Of a stretch of DNA of 56,061 nucleotides, positions 8,698 through 18,624 are shown piece by piece. Below the pieces are notes generated by a model. It searched no databases and was not told the DNA's origin. It saw only the letters and a program-made list of their open reading frames with translations. The translations under genes were made by a program, and so were the position numbers. Origin of the DNA: Elainellaceae cyanobacterium (GTDB lineage: Bacteria > Cyanobacteriota > Cyanobacteriia > CAZCXK01); NCBI GenBank assembly GCA_051117555.1, contig JBNPEG010000036.1, positions 1-56,061 on the forward strand, read 5' to 3'. How positions within the stretch are numbered: position 1 is the first letter of the stretch; every line of letters begins with the position of its first letter.

Positions 8698-9684
8698 ATG
8701 GCTCTCGGACGACTCATTGACGGCACCTGGACCACCGAATGGACCGAACGCGACGACTCGGGGCAATTCAAGCGGATGCCGACGCTGTTCCACAATTGGA
8801 TAACCACCGATGGTTCTAGCGGATTCAGGGCAGAACCCGATCGCTACCACCTCTATGTCTCCCTGGGCTGCCCCTGGGCGCATCGGACAGTGTTGCTGCG
8901 ATCGCTCAAAGGTCTGCAAGACGGTGTCAGCCTATCGATTTTTGACCCGGTGATCAGCGATCAGGGCTGGCAGTTTTCGGAACGGTTCGGCAGCATTCCC
9001 GACAGTTTGTATGGCTCTAGCCACCTCTGGCAAATCTATACCCGCGCCAAGTCTGACTACACCGGACGGGTCACGGTGCCGGTACTGTGGGACAAGCAAA
9101 CCGAGACCATTGTCAACAACGAGTCACGGCAAATCATCCAGATGTTCAACTCGGCCTTCGACAAATTTGCCGATTATCCGGAGCGAGACTTTTATCCCGA
9201 AGCACTGCGATCGCACATTGACGCGGCGATGGACGCCATTTATCAGCCTGTCAACAATGGTGTTTATCGCAGCGGTTTTGCCTCGTCTCAGGAGGCTTAC
9301 GTCGCAGCGGTAACGGAACTCTTTGCTGCGCTCGACCATTGGGAAAACGTGCTCAGTCAACAGCGTTATCTGGTGGGCGACCCAATCACCCTCGCGGACT
9401 GGTGTATGTTCACCACGCTATTCCGCTTTGATTTGGCTTACCACGGACTGTTCAAGACGAATCTGAAGCACTTGGTTGATTACCCCAATCTCTGGAACTA
9501 TTGCCGCGAGCTATACCAGCATCCTGGCATTCGCGAATGGTGCAGCATCGAGCATGTCAAACAGCTCTACTACGCCGGCCTGCCCGAACTCAACCCCAGC
9601 GGTATTGTCCCCATTGGTCCCGACATTGACTATGCCGAACCGCACACCCGCGATCGCCAGGTCGCTATCCCAGCCCTTAGCTAA
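8698..9684 (+). CDS. Glutathione S-transferase, glutathionyl-hydroquinone reductase (YqjG/Xi class) type
   Basis: RYHLYVSLGCPWAHR, VTVPVLWD, IVNNES, NNGVYRSGFA motifs; start chosen at the ATG following the AGGAG RBS. Confidence 0.93.
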   Translation: MALGRLIDGTWTTEWTERDDSGQFKRMPTLFHNWITTDGSSGFRAEPDRYHLYVSLGCPWAHRTVLLRSLKGLQDGVSLSIFDPVISDQGWQFSERFGSIPDSLYGSSHLWQIYTRAKSDYTGRVTVPVLWDKQTETIVNNESRQIIQMFNSAFDKFADYPERDFYPEALRSHIDAAMDAIYQPVNNGVYRSGFASSQEAYVAAVTELFAALDHWENVLSQQRYLVGDPITLADWCMFTTLFRFDLAYHGLFKTNLKHLVDYPNLWNYCRELYQHPGIREWCSIEHVKQLYYAGLPELNPSGIVPIGPDIDYAEPHTRDRQVAIPALS

Positions 9685-9916
9685 ATCTTCCTAACAATAG
9701 ATCGCACTCAGATTGAAATCATCTCGGAAAACCGCCACTTCATAGAATCTTCATAAAAATATAATGACTGACATTCAAGGAGCTTGACCCAAGGTTCGGT
9801 AAGTTTTGTAAGTTCCACTACTGGCTTTTCCTCTAGTTAACTGGTATCTATATTCAAAGGATTTTTCACAGCTATTGCTCAAAAAGTTGGAAAAAGCTGG
9901 AAATTTTCCTATAAAC

Positions 9917-9954
9917 GCCGAATAGTTTTCATTTAGCCGAATAGTTTTCATTTA
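9917..9954 (+). repeat. Perfect 19-bp tandem duplication GCCGAATAGTTTTCATTTA
   Basis: Copies at 9917-9935 and 9936-9954. Confidence 0.9.
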
Positions 9955-9974
9955 AAGGGGAAAGTTCAGGGTTT

Positions 9975-10991
9975 ATGTCTATCTTAATGATTGGGACTCA
10001 ACGTTCGGGCTCAAACTTGCTGCGATTGATGCTAGATCAAATCCCCACCATTGCAGCTCCTCATCCCCCGCATATTTTGCAAAGGTTGATGCCGCTCCTG
10101 CCCACCTATGGAGACTTGTCCAATCCGTCTGCGTTTAATTTGCTAGTCGAAGATGTGTGTAGTCTTGTCGAGCTTAATCCAGTTACCTGGGAAGGCGTGA
10201 ATTTTGATCATGAAAACGTGGCATCTCGCTGCCGCGATCACTCCTTGGTGGCGGTTTTTTCTGCTATTTACGATATCTTAGCGGAAGCTCGATCCGCTGA
10301 GACATGGTGCTGCAAGAGTTTGGCGAATGTCCACTACGTCCCTGAAATTAGCGCGTATCTCCCTAGCGCCAAATATCTTTATATTTATCGAGACGGGAGA
10401 GATGTTGCTGTTTCGTTCAAGAAAGCAGTAGTTGGGCAAAAGCACTTTTATCACATTGCCCAAGAATGGAGTAAAGCGCAACGAGTCGCATTGCAAATGC
10501 GTAGTCAATTTGGTGCCGATCAGTTGTTTAGTCTCAGCTATGAAACACTCATTAGCGAACCAGAACAGTCTCTGCAAGGGTTGTGCAATTTTCTAGGCGT
10601 TGAATACACTGCTTCGATGCTAGATTTCCATCAATCTAATGAGGCTTCAAGCACAGCAACATCTAGCTCTCTTTGGTCTAATGTGACTAAGCCAGTCATG
10701 GCTCAGAACACTAAGAAGTTTCTCACACAGGCGACCGAAGAAGAGGTCAAAATCTTTGAATTGGTAGCGGGTGATGTACTGGATGCATTAGGGTATGAAC
10801 GAGTTCAGACTACGCCGCAGGATCTGCCCAGCTTTAGTGATGAAGAGGTTGCTCAATTTAATATTGAAAACCAGCGCTTAAAGTCTCAGATGCAAGAAGT
10901 AATGGATGCGGGTGATCGAGAACGGCGCGAACGTCAGGCTGCGCTGCTTAAGTCAATTAAAGAACGCAGCCCTGCAGTTGCTGTTGGCTGA
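9975..10991 (+). CDS. PAPS-dependent sulfotransferase family protein
   Basis: 5'-PSB motif IGTQRSGSNLL, 3'-PB motif YRDGRDVAVS, SYETLISEPE. Confidence 0.92.
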   Translation: MSILMIGTQRSGSNLLRLMLDQIPTIAAPHPPHILQRLMPLLPTYGDLSNPSAFNLLVEDVCSLVELNPVTWEGVNFDHENVASRCRDHSLVAVFSAIYDILAEARSAETWCCKSLANVHYVPEISAYLPSAKYLYIYRDGRDVAVSFKKAVVGQKHFYHIAQEWSKAQRVALQMRSQFGADQLFSLSYETLISEPEQSLQGLCNFLGVEYTASMLDFHQSNEASSTATSSSLWSNVTKPVMAQNTKKFLTQATEEEVKIFELVAGDVLDALGYERVQTTPQDLPSFSDEEVAQFNIENQRLKSQMQEVMDAGDRERRERQAALLKSIKERSPAVAVG

Positions 10992-11010
10992 GTCTTTAAT
11001 ATAAGTAAAC

Positions 11011-11039
11011 TGAGTTGAGGTATTCGTTACCTCAGCTCA
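11011..11039 (+). terminator. Hairpin after the sulfotransferase gene
   Basis: TGAGTTGAGGTA/TACCTCAGCTCA stem, without a U-tract. Confidence 0.4.
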
Positions 11040-11194
11040 CGTCCATCTTGACAAAGCAAATAGGCAAGAATCTGTGGATAGTAAAGCGTTGCGTTTGTAA
11101 AAGTGATTTGTGTTCTCGTTGTATTGACTTAGTTGGATGCGATCGCATTTTTCCACTTGAGTTTCATGTCTAGTCCATAATTTTTACCTGCTCT

Positions 11195-12466
11195 ATGAAT
11201 CAAGATCCTGTTACCATCCAGAGCCAAAACTCTTCTGTATCTAAGACTGACAAAGAACTCGCATCATTTAAGTATTTGTTTTGGACATTTTTGAAGATTG
11301 GGAGTACCGCCTTTGGTGGGTTCATGGCGCTAGTATCAGTTGTTGAAAATGCGGTTGTCCAGAAGCGCAAGCTAATCAGCCATGAAGACATGCTAGACGG
11401 AATCTCGCTAGCCGCTATATTGCCGGGGCCAATGGCCGCTAATGTAGTTGCGTATGTTGGCTACCGTATTCGAGGAATTTGGGGTGCCGTAGTCAGCAGC
11501 GTTAGTGTGTTGCTTCCGTCCTATTTGATGATTGTAGGGTTTACTATCTTCTATCTTCGAGCGGGCGAAATTCCTGTTGTCAATAGAGCATTTGCCGCAT
11601 TCATTCCCGCAATGGTCGCTATTATCTTAACGGCGGCTTGGCGCATGAGTAAGAAGACCATTAAGTCGTTCAAGAACTGGCGGGCGATCGCCATTGCCCT
11701 TGCCTCCGGGTTGCTTCTTAAATTTGTGGGCGGATTCTACATCACATTAGCCATTGTCTTAGCTGCTGGAATCTTAGGATATATCTGGTACCACAATGAT
11801 GTGCTCAGGCAGCAGGCTGCATCTCCTTCCCCGACGGCAGCCTCCTCATCCGATAAAGACTTTTCAAAGTTAGATATCATTCTTTCGTTTCTAGCTCTTT
11901 CCGGTTTCTTGGCGCTATACCTGATTCCACTCCCCTTTATCAGTGATGACAGTCTTGCCAGACTGTTCATTACCTTTTCAGGGATGAGTCTGCTGTTATT
12001 TGGAAGTGGGTATGTGTTTATCCCCATGATCCAAGAATTGGTGGTCAATAATTATGATTGGGTAACTCAATCTGAATTTACAAATGCGATCGCCCTAGGG
12101 CAAGTCACACCTGGTCCCATTCTGATTAGTGCTGCGTTTATTGGGTACGCTGTAAAAGGACTCTTAGGGTCAATCGTAGCCACAGTTGCCATCTTTTTCC
12201 CGCCTGCTATGCTGATGCTGACCTGTTCGCATTTGCTTCAGCAAATCAAGCAATCTTCCATTATTCAGGCGGCGTTAAGGGGAATCCGTCCTGCTGTCAT
12301 TGGGCTCATCTTTACGGCTGCGATCGTATTTGCTCAAACAGCGCAAATGCATTGGGTAACGCTACTTATTTTTGCAGGAGCAATGATCGCCCTGCTACGT
12401 TTTCGCGCTGACGTTATTTTGATCATTCCTATTGCCGGGGTTTTAGGGATATTTCTCTATCCCTAG
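11195..12466 (+). CDS. chrA: Chromate ion transporter (long-chain CHR family)
   Basis: Two homologous halves: FLKIGSTAFGG..LPGP and LLFGSGYV..GQVTPGP. Confidence 0.93.
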   Translation: MNQDPVTIQSQNSSVSKTDKELASFKYLFWTFLKIGSTAFGGFMALVSVVENAVVQKRKLISHEDMLDGISLAAILPGPMAANVVAYVGYRIRGIWGAVVSSVSVLLPSYLMIVGFTIFYLRAGEIPVVNRAFAAFIPAMVAIILTAAWRMSKKTIKSFKNWRAIAIALASGLLLKFVGGFYITLAIVLAAGILGYIWYHNDVLRQQAASPSPTAASSSDKDFSKLDIILSFLALSGFLALYLIPLPFISDDSLARLFITFSGMSLLLFGSGYVFIPMIQELVVNNYDWVTQSEFTNAIALGQVTPGPILISAAFIGYAVKGLLGSIVATVAIFFPPAMLMLTCSHLLQQIKQSSIIQAALRGIRPAVIGLIFTAAIVFAQTAQMHWVTLLIFAGAMIALLRFRADVILIIPIAGVLGIFLYP

Positions 12467-12499
12467 GGACACAAACACGGCGTTTCCAAGCTAACCCTC

Positions 12500-12530
12500 G
12501 CAGAGCTGCCTTGTGTAGCAGCTCTGCTTT
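12500..12530. terminator. Intrinsic terminator between convergent genes
   Basis: 10-bp stem GCAGAGCTGC/GCAGCTCTGC followed by TTT. Confidence 0.6.
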
Positions 12531-12975
12531 ATAACTCACTAAGGGCTTGCCATGTTTTGGGATCAACAACGCCATCAGCCAATAGACCATAGTCATTCTG
12601 AAATCGCTGAACCGCCAACATCGTCATGCGACCGAAGACCCCATCGATCGCTCCACGGTAGTATAAATCGATAGAAAGCAACTCTTGCACCGCAATGACT
12701 GCACTTCCAGAACTTCCGTGTGACAAGGTAGATATAGAGGGAGGAGCCTCTTTACATAAGGCTTTCCATGTTAGGGGGCCCACGACGCCATCTGGACGCA
12801 GAAAAAACCGAGACTGAAAATATTTGACGGCAATTTCAGTTTCCTGATCAAAAACGCCGGTTAGGGCGATCGGGCGACCTTGCTGGCTCAAACGCTGTTG
12901 GAGCTCTACAACAATGGGATGACGCGAGCCGAACCGCAAAACGGGTCTATTGGATTGATACGTCGTTGAATGCAT
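12529..12975 (-). CDS. Peptidoglycan-binding protein (two PG_binding_1 domains)
   Basis: Repeated V..LQ..L..G.F...T..AV..FQ....L..DGVV...TW.AL pattern. Confidence 0.9.
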   Translation of the reverse strand: MHSTTYQSNRPVLRFGSRHPIVVELQQRLSQQGRPIALTGVFDQETEIAVKYFQSRFFLRPDGVVGPLTWKALCKEAPPSISTLSHGSSGSAVIAVQELLSIDLYYRGAIDGVFGRMTMLAVQRFQNDYGLLADGVVDPKTWQALSEL

Positions 12976-13043
12976 AAAACAAACTGGCTAGTATGGATAT
13001 CCTCTTTGTGACATGGCCGATTCAAAATACGGAATGACGATTG

Positions 13044-13200
13044 AGATCCCCGGCTTCTAATCGTTTCTCTTCGTTACAGCCCTACGGGCTCAGTTTGTGG
13101 GGTGAGCCCCCGCGGCGCGAGGGCTCACACACGTTCAACGTCCTAACGCGAGAGCATCCGGCTATACCAATCAAGGGCTAACCACAGAAGCCAGGGATCT
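13044..13200. repeat. Inverted-repeat-bounded dispersed element
   Basis: Ends AGATCCCCGGCTTCT / AGAAGCCAGGGATCT (14 of 15 match) with an internal GC-rich hairpin. Confidence 0.55.
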
Positions 13201-13235
13201 GCCAAAACTTATGCAGATATTTAACAACACCCTTT

Positions 13236-13458
13236 AGAGGATGTTTTAAAAGGGGCCGGCGGTTATAGACGCTTGCGGCTTCTCGAAGAGTAAACCGCGC
13301 CTATACAAACAAAGTCCACCGCGGCGGACTCCAGCAAAACCAACGGTTTTTTTGTCCGTGTAACCTGCGTTTCGCAAGCGACATGTAACGCGCAGCGTCT
13401 CTGTCAAGAGAACTTTAGTCGCTAAGGCAACAAAAAATAGGACTTTTAAAACATCCTC
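13236..13458 (+). mobile_element. MITE, 223 bp, terminal inverted repeat GAGGATGTTTTAAAAG, TTA target duplication
   Basis: 16-bp perfect inverted ends with TTA on both sides; related copies at 15545-15702 and about 16600-16842. Confidence 0.85.
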
Positions 13459-13491
13459 TTAAATTCATCCTAGCGAAATTGACCGTACAGT

Positions 13492-15534
13492 TTAGAATCT
13501 GAAGACAGTTCTTAAATTGGCACCAAAAATTGGAGCATTGCCACTGCTGTGTTCGGGGTTAATAATCACGAGTAGTCCGGGGATAAGAGAAATATTGTCA
13601 TTCAGACGATATTGATAGAACCCTTCGAGATGCCAAGCCGCGCTGCCATCTTCAGGGCCACCATCATTTTCCAGTACTCTGGGAGGCTGACCGACCAACA
13701 ACCCAGCCACATTACCTTCTTTCCCGACATCAAGAGCAGTAAATGTTACTGCCCAGTTAAAAATGGTGGCATCGTCCCCTTCATCCACGGTCACGCTGCC
13801 AACCTCTGCATTCGCAAGAGACAACCCTGCCCATCCAGACAGAATAAATTGGGGAGTGATCCGCCAACTAGACTGAGCACTGAAGTGGTTTGCTGAGGTT
13901 GCAATTTGGCCAAATGGAGCATTTGCAAGCCGACTGCCCGTTGCGCCAGACACAAACGCCTGACCACCGGGATAATAAGCCCGAACATAGGTCAAACCAA
14001 AATCGAGATTATCGGTGGGATGGATGTCAATCTGGGCAAGTGCAGCGTAAGAGCCGTTAAACAGCCCATTTCCTGGATTTGGATCATCTGGATTTCGGGC
14101 TAGATATCCGACTGAAATTCCGATTAGATCATTAAAATCATAGTTGGCAGTTATTCCAGCTCCGGCTGAACCCTGATAGTAAATAGGATTAAATCGCCCA
14201 AATCTAGATACAGCACCCGAAACTGGATTAGGGAACACCGAGTTAAACGTTGGCACATTGGTTTGAAACGCTCCCCGAGTCGCATCGACGGTCAATCTAA
14301 GATTGTCTGTGACTGGAAATCGATAAAATAGCTTGCCAATGACAAACTCGCTATCGGTATCTCGGTCGAACGCAAGACGAGTCATATTCGTCCCAGTTGT
14401 GCCGATATCAAATCGAGCTGGATCGAGAGCATCTAGACGAACTCTTAGCAAATCTCTACCCGTGAAGCTAGTATTCAAATTTAGGCGAACACGATGATTG
14501 AAAGTGAGGTTTTCATCAATGCCATCACCGCTACCGTCTGCTCGTTCTTCCCCAAATATGCCGTTGACCGAGAAGGATACTTCTCCAGCTAATTTAGTCG
14601 TCGTAGAAAACTGATTGGCTTCTACTTCTGCAACCTGAGCTTCCAGACTGTCGACTCGTCCGCGTAACGTGGCTAGCTCGGCTGAAAATTCTTCTTGAAG
14701 CCGCTGTAAAACGACCAAATCGTCTCGAGTAACCGTATCTGATAGCCCCGCAGCAATGAGTTCGCTAACCCGGTCTAGGCAGGCATTCAGTCCGGCTGCA
14801 AACTCATAGCGACTCAAGGATCGGTTGCCCCGATAGGTGCCATCAGGATAGCCTGCGACGCAGCCATAGCGTTCAACCAATGATCGCAACGCTTGAAATG
14901 CCCAGTCAGTCGGTTGCACATCAGATAGTTGCGAAACAGATGTGACCTGTCCTATGGGCTCACGGATTGCAAGATCTGATACAGCAGTGACTTGATTGGG
15001 TAGTTCATCGACTGTTTGAGCGGTTAACACACCTGAAGACGCATTAAGAATAGAAGAATCAGTAGAAAGATTATTAGAAGAGGCAGTAGAAAAATTAGAT
15101 GAGCGTCGAGAATTAGGTGAGGACTGGGGGGCGATCGCCATTTCTCGATCTGAAGCAGATGAGGTAATCCATTCAATCGATGAGAAATCGAGTTCAGTCG
15201 GTACTGATTGATCAACTAAATCAAACTCTGACGTATTTAAATCGCTCTCCGTCCCGTCGGATAGCCGAGGTCGTGACGAATCTGTCTCCGCAGATGAATC
15301 TAGATCTAAGAAATTCGATGCCGTTAGCGTTTCACTCGACGTGATCAAGTGAGGCTCGATCTGAGGCAGTATTACATCGGTTTCCTGTTGATCGGCAACA
15401 ACTAATCCCGAAATAGTATTAATTTCATTGGCTGCAACTGATTCCGCAGACCAGAATCCGGTCAATAAGACCAATAAACTAGCACTCGCTTTCGTTAAGT
15501 CACGATTTTGAGTTGATTTCATATAAATCCTCAC
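13492..15534 (-). CDS. Cyanobacterial SLH-OprB porin (SomA/B, iron-uptake-porin family)
   Basis: QVTSVSQLSDVQPTDWAFQAL..GYPDGTYRG SLH motif, coiled coil, QFSTTTKL, terminal RTVFRF. Confidence 0.95.
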   Translation of the reverse strand: MRIYMKSTQNRDLTKASASLLVLLTGFWSAESVAANEINTISGLVVADQQETDVILPQIEPHLITSSETLTASNFLDLDSSAETDSSRPRLSDGTESDLNTSEFDLVDQSVPTELDFSSIEWITSSASDREMAIAPQSSPNSRRSSNFSTASSNNLSTDSSILNASSGVLTAQTVDELPNQVTAVSDLAIREPIGQVTSVSQLSDVQPTDWAFQALRSLVERYGCVAGYPDGTYRGNRSLSRYEFAAGLNACLDRVSELIAAGLSDTVTRDDLVVLQRLQEEFSAELATLRGRVDSLEAQVAEVEANQFSTTTKLAGEVSFSVNGIFGEERADGSGDGIDENLTFNHRVRLNLNTSFTGRDLLRVRLDALDPARFDIGTTGTNMTRLAFDRDTDSEFVIGKLFYRFPVTDNLRLTVDATRGAFQTNVPTFNSVFPNPVSGAVSRFGRFNPIYYQGSAGAGITANYDFNDLIGISVGYLARNPDDPNPGNGLFNGSYAALAQIDIHPTDNLDFGLTYVRAYYPGGQAFVSGATGSRLANAPFGQIATSANHFSAQSSWRITPQFILSGWAGLSLANAEVGSVTVDEGDDATIFNWAVTFTALDVGKEGNVAGLLVGQPPRVLENDGGPEDGSAAWHLEGFYQYRLNDNISLIPGLLVIINPEHSSGNAPIFGANLRTVFRF

Positions 15535-15544
15535 ACAATTACAA

Positions 15545-15702
15545 GACAGAGACGCTGCGCGTTACATGTCGCTTGCGAAAAGTAGGTTCTAACCCCGTGG
15601 TTTTGCTGGAGTCTGCGATCGCATCCGTTGGTTGCGTAGTTGCGGTTTATTTGGCGAGAAGCCGCAAGCGTCTACAACCGCAGACCCTTTTCAAACATCC
15701 TC
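15545..15702 (-). mobile_element. Truncated inverted copy of the 13236 MITE
   Basis: GACAGAGACGCTGCGCGTTACATGTCGCTTGCGAAA is the reverse complement of a segment of copy 1; ends CTTTTCAAACATCCTC followed by TTA. Confidence 0.8.
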
Positions 15703-16030
15703 TTAGATTGCTGAGTTAAGTAGAGAGCTAAACCAAGCCATTCTCAGGAGATTAATTGAACACATCCTCCGGAAATTTGTAGTATCGCTCATTGGTAGGA
15801 ACCTACTTAAACATTCCGCTGATAGATAGGTAGTGCAAACCGACCAAATTTCGTAGAAAATAGTAGAAAGCCAACGAAAACTCTGAATCACGTTGCTTAC
15901 CTATTCAGTCTGGTTAAATCTGATCCAGATAAAAAAGTATAAAGTTTATACAAAGCAATACTATTTGCATGACACAATTAGAGGGTTTGCATACGTATCA
16001 CTGATGTGCTTGATACGTATACTCGTGGAG

Positions 16031-16186
16031 TGGCACAGCTAAAATGGTGTATTGGTAGGGTGCCGTTAGCGTAGCGTCTCCAAAGGAGAAAACCCAACAG
16101 CAGAAACCCTTTAGTTGGGTTACGCTATCGCTTTAGCGAAGCCATGCCCGAAGGGCTATACCCAACCTGCTATTTTAGCTGTGTCA
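16031..16186. mobile_element. MITE-like element with ends TGGCACAGCTAAAAT/ATTTTAGCTGTGTCA
   Basis: 14 of 15 inverted ends enclosing REP-like motifs; the same end occurs at 2741-2756. Confidence 0.65.
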
Positions 16187-16599
16187 AAACTGTATGCTCA
16201 CTTAAAATTCTCTGTTCGAATTTAGAGAATTTATTTCAAACGAATATTTCATCTATCTTAGAAATTTAAAGCCTGTAAGAAATTAGCTGCAGACCTTGCA
16301 GGTTTAACTTGATCCCTGTAATAATTGCGCTGTATTGCATTTTTGTATTACGTTTCTATATCAAGTCATCTGCCATTCAATGCAAGCCTGCGAATTTATT
16401 CTTTAAACTTCCGCATTCTGATTTAAAGCTTGCAAGAATTCATCGAATACGTCTTGTCAGCCGAATCTATCTGTTGCGACGCTGAGTGTATTAAATCATA
16501 TTGCAGTGGTGCATAGTGCAATATAGCTCAACTACTTAGTTATTCTGGTCTGACAGGTTTATAGTCTGTGCTATGAATTTGGTTTGCTTAGCCACAGGG

Positions 16600-16842
16600 T
16601 TCAACTGAAGGGTCTAGCGAGCATTAGACGCCTTGCAACGTTTCGTCGAGTAAACCGCAACTACATAACCAACGTGCGCGATCGCATCCGCGACTATACA
16701 ACTCCAGCAAAACCGAAGGATATGGAGCCTACGTTTCGGTTAGGACAAGCAACGTATTCGTATAACGTTCCGAAGGAACGCGCCTCTATCAAGAGAACGT
16801 TGGTCGTCAAGGCTACAAAGAACAGGACTTTCAAACACCCTC
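16600..16842 (+). mobile_element. Degenerate third copy of the 13236 MITE
   Basis: Shares GAGTAAACCGC, ACTCCAGCAAAACC, TCAAGAGAAC and the right end GACTTTCAAACACCCTC; left end approximate. Confidence 0.7.
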
Positions 16843-16922
16843 TAAGAGAATCGATAGTCTAACTACTAGTATTAAATTCCACAGAAGATAGAGAATCTTA
16901 AATTTTGCTGAGGATAGCTGAG

Positions 16923-18128
16923 ATGCAATCAGATCATGCCGCCTTCTCTAGCCACTTACAAAGAACTTCGATTACAAAGAATATTAAGTTGATTAATACG
17001 TTAATCAGACTTGAATTCAGTGGAAAATTGAAGTGGGCGGATGAATCCGGAACTCGTTGGGTTCTATTTTTGAACTCAGGACGTATTATATATGCAATCG
17101 GGGGAAATCACTCCATTCGGCGTTGGCGAAGAAACATACAACTATATTGTCCACACCTGCAAGCAGATTTTGAAACATTAGCCCCTAAGCTAGCAGATAC
17201 GACCGATTCAGATTTATTAAACTGTCAGAGCTACGTACTACTCTGCTCATGGTTGCGTCATCATAAAATTACGACACAGAATGCTGCCCAAATTATTCAA
17301 AATAGCGTTGAAGAAATTTTATTTGACATTTCTAGAGTAAATAAAACAACTTACAAACTTCAGAGAAAATCTACCCTGCCTACCAGATTTATTCCTGTAT
17401 ATATTGATGAGAAAGAGATCCTTGAGAGGGTTCAAACACTCTGGAAAAATTGGCAAGAGGCAGGTTTGACTAATTATTCACCCGATCAGGCTCCGGTGAT
17501 TAAGATGCCTAATGAAATCAAGGCATCCACTAATAAACAGCTCTATCAAGTGCTCGTCACGTTATTAGATGGTCGACATACTCTACGTGACATAGCAATA
17601 AAGGTGAATCGAGATATCTTCCAAATTACTCAGGCTTTGCATTCCTACATTCAGTTTGGATGGATTGACCTCATTGATATTCTAGATTATTCATTCGCCG
17701 TTGCACCGGTTGAATCTAAACCAGTAGCGCCTCCAAAGCCAGGAACAAAGTTCCCATTAATTGCCTGTGTTGATGATAGTGTGTTGGTCTGCCAATCAAT
17801 GGAAAAAATTGTGAAATCTGGTGGATATGAGTTTATTGGTGTAGTAGAAGCTCATAGGGCGATCGCCAAATTTCTGTCACAAAAGCCGGATTTGATTTTT
17901 TTAGATTTGGTGATGCCGTCTACAAATGGATATGAAATTTGCAGTCAATTGCGTAAAGTTTCAAAGTTCAAGGAGGTTCCTATTATTATCCTGAGTGGAA
18001 ACGATGGCGTTGTCGATCAAATTCGGGCTCGGCTAGCAGGTGCCACTGACTTTGTGAGTAAACCTGTGGGTGCTGACGTAATCTTGAGCGTTATTCGTAA
18101 ATATCTGAAGCATACAGTTCCGACATAA
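16923..18128 (+). CDS. PatA-family response regulator (PATAN + REC; PixG-like)
   Basis: N-terminal PATAN-like region; C-terminal REC (IACVDDS, FLDLVMP, FVSKP). Start could instead be the TTG at 16905. Confidence 0.9.
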   Translation: MQSDHAAFSSHLQRTSITKNIKLINTLIRLEFSGKLKWADESGTRWVLFLNSGRIIYAIGGNHSIRRWRRNIQLYCPHLQADFETLAPKLADTTDSDLLNCQSYVLLCSWLRHHKITTQNAAQIIQNSVEEILFDISRVNKTTYKLQRKSTLPTRFIPVYIDEKEILERVQTLWKNWQEAGLTNYSPDQAPVIKMPNEIKASTNKQLYQVLVTLLDGRHTLRDIAIKVNRDIFQITQALHSYIQFGWIDLIDILDYSFAVAPVESKPVAPPKPGTKFPLIACVDDSVLVCQSMEKIVKSGGYEFIGVVEAHRAIAKFLSQKPDLIFLDLVMPSTNGYEICSQLRKVSKFKEVPIIILSGNDGVVDQIRARLAGATDFVSKPVGADVILSVIRKYLKHTVPT

Positions 18129-18237
18129 CGACGAAACTACGTTTGTTTGTAGGATACTGCCTGCTCTCGATAGAGATATCACGCTCTCAAATATTTCAGT
18201 TGTGTCGTTAAACATTCCATTGAAAAGGAGAACTCAC

Positions 18238-18612
18238 ATGGTGACAGCTCTCGTTGTTGAAGATAGCCTAACGGATAAAGAAATCATCACTAGATTTTTA
18301 CAGCTAAATGGCATCAATTTTCTCACGGCTCAAAGTGCTGAAGAAGCATTTGATAAGGTCAAAAATAATCAATTTGACCTTATTATCCTAGATGTTGTTT
18401 TGCCAGACCGCAGCGGCTTTGAAATCTGTCGCGATTTGAAAGCTGAAATGGGGACTCAGAAAATTCCAATCGTTATTTGCTCCACGAAAGGAACCGAGAT
18501 GGACAAGTTCTGGGGGATGAAGCAAGGAGCTGATGCGTATCTTCCAAAACCTCTTGACCAGGAAGAGTTTACCAAAACCATTAAGCAATTAGTCGTCCCT
18601 CACACACGTTAA
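18238..18612 (+). CDS. CheY-like response regulator (PixH/PilH-like)
   Basis: Single REC domain with DKFWGMKQGADAYLPKP; AAGGAG RBS. Confidence 0.93.
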   Translation: MVTALVVEDSLTDKEIITRFLQLNGINFLTAQSAEEAFDKVKNNQFDLIILDVVLPDRSGFEICRDLKAEMGTQKIPIVICSTKGTEMDKFWGMKQGADAYLPKPLDQEEFTKTIKQLVVPHTR

Positions 18613-18624
18613 ATATTCTTTGCC

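Noticed and set aside
15937..15951. NtcA site
   Set aside because: Spacing is GTA-N9-TAC rather than N8.
16584..16862. 92-aa ORF
   Set aside because: Coincides with a degenerate MITE copy.
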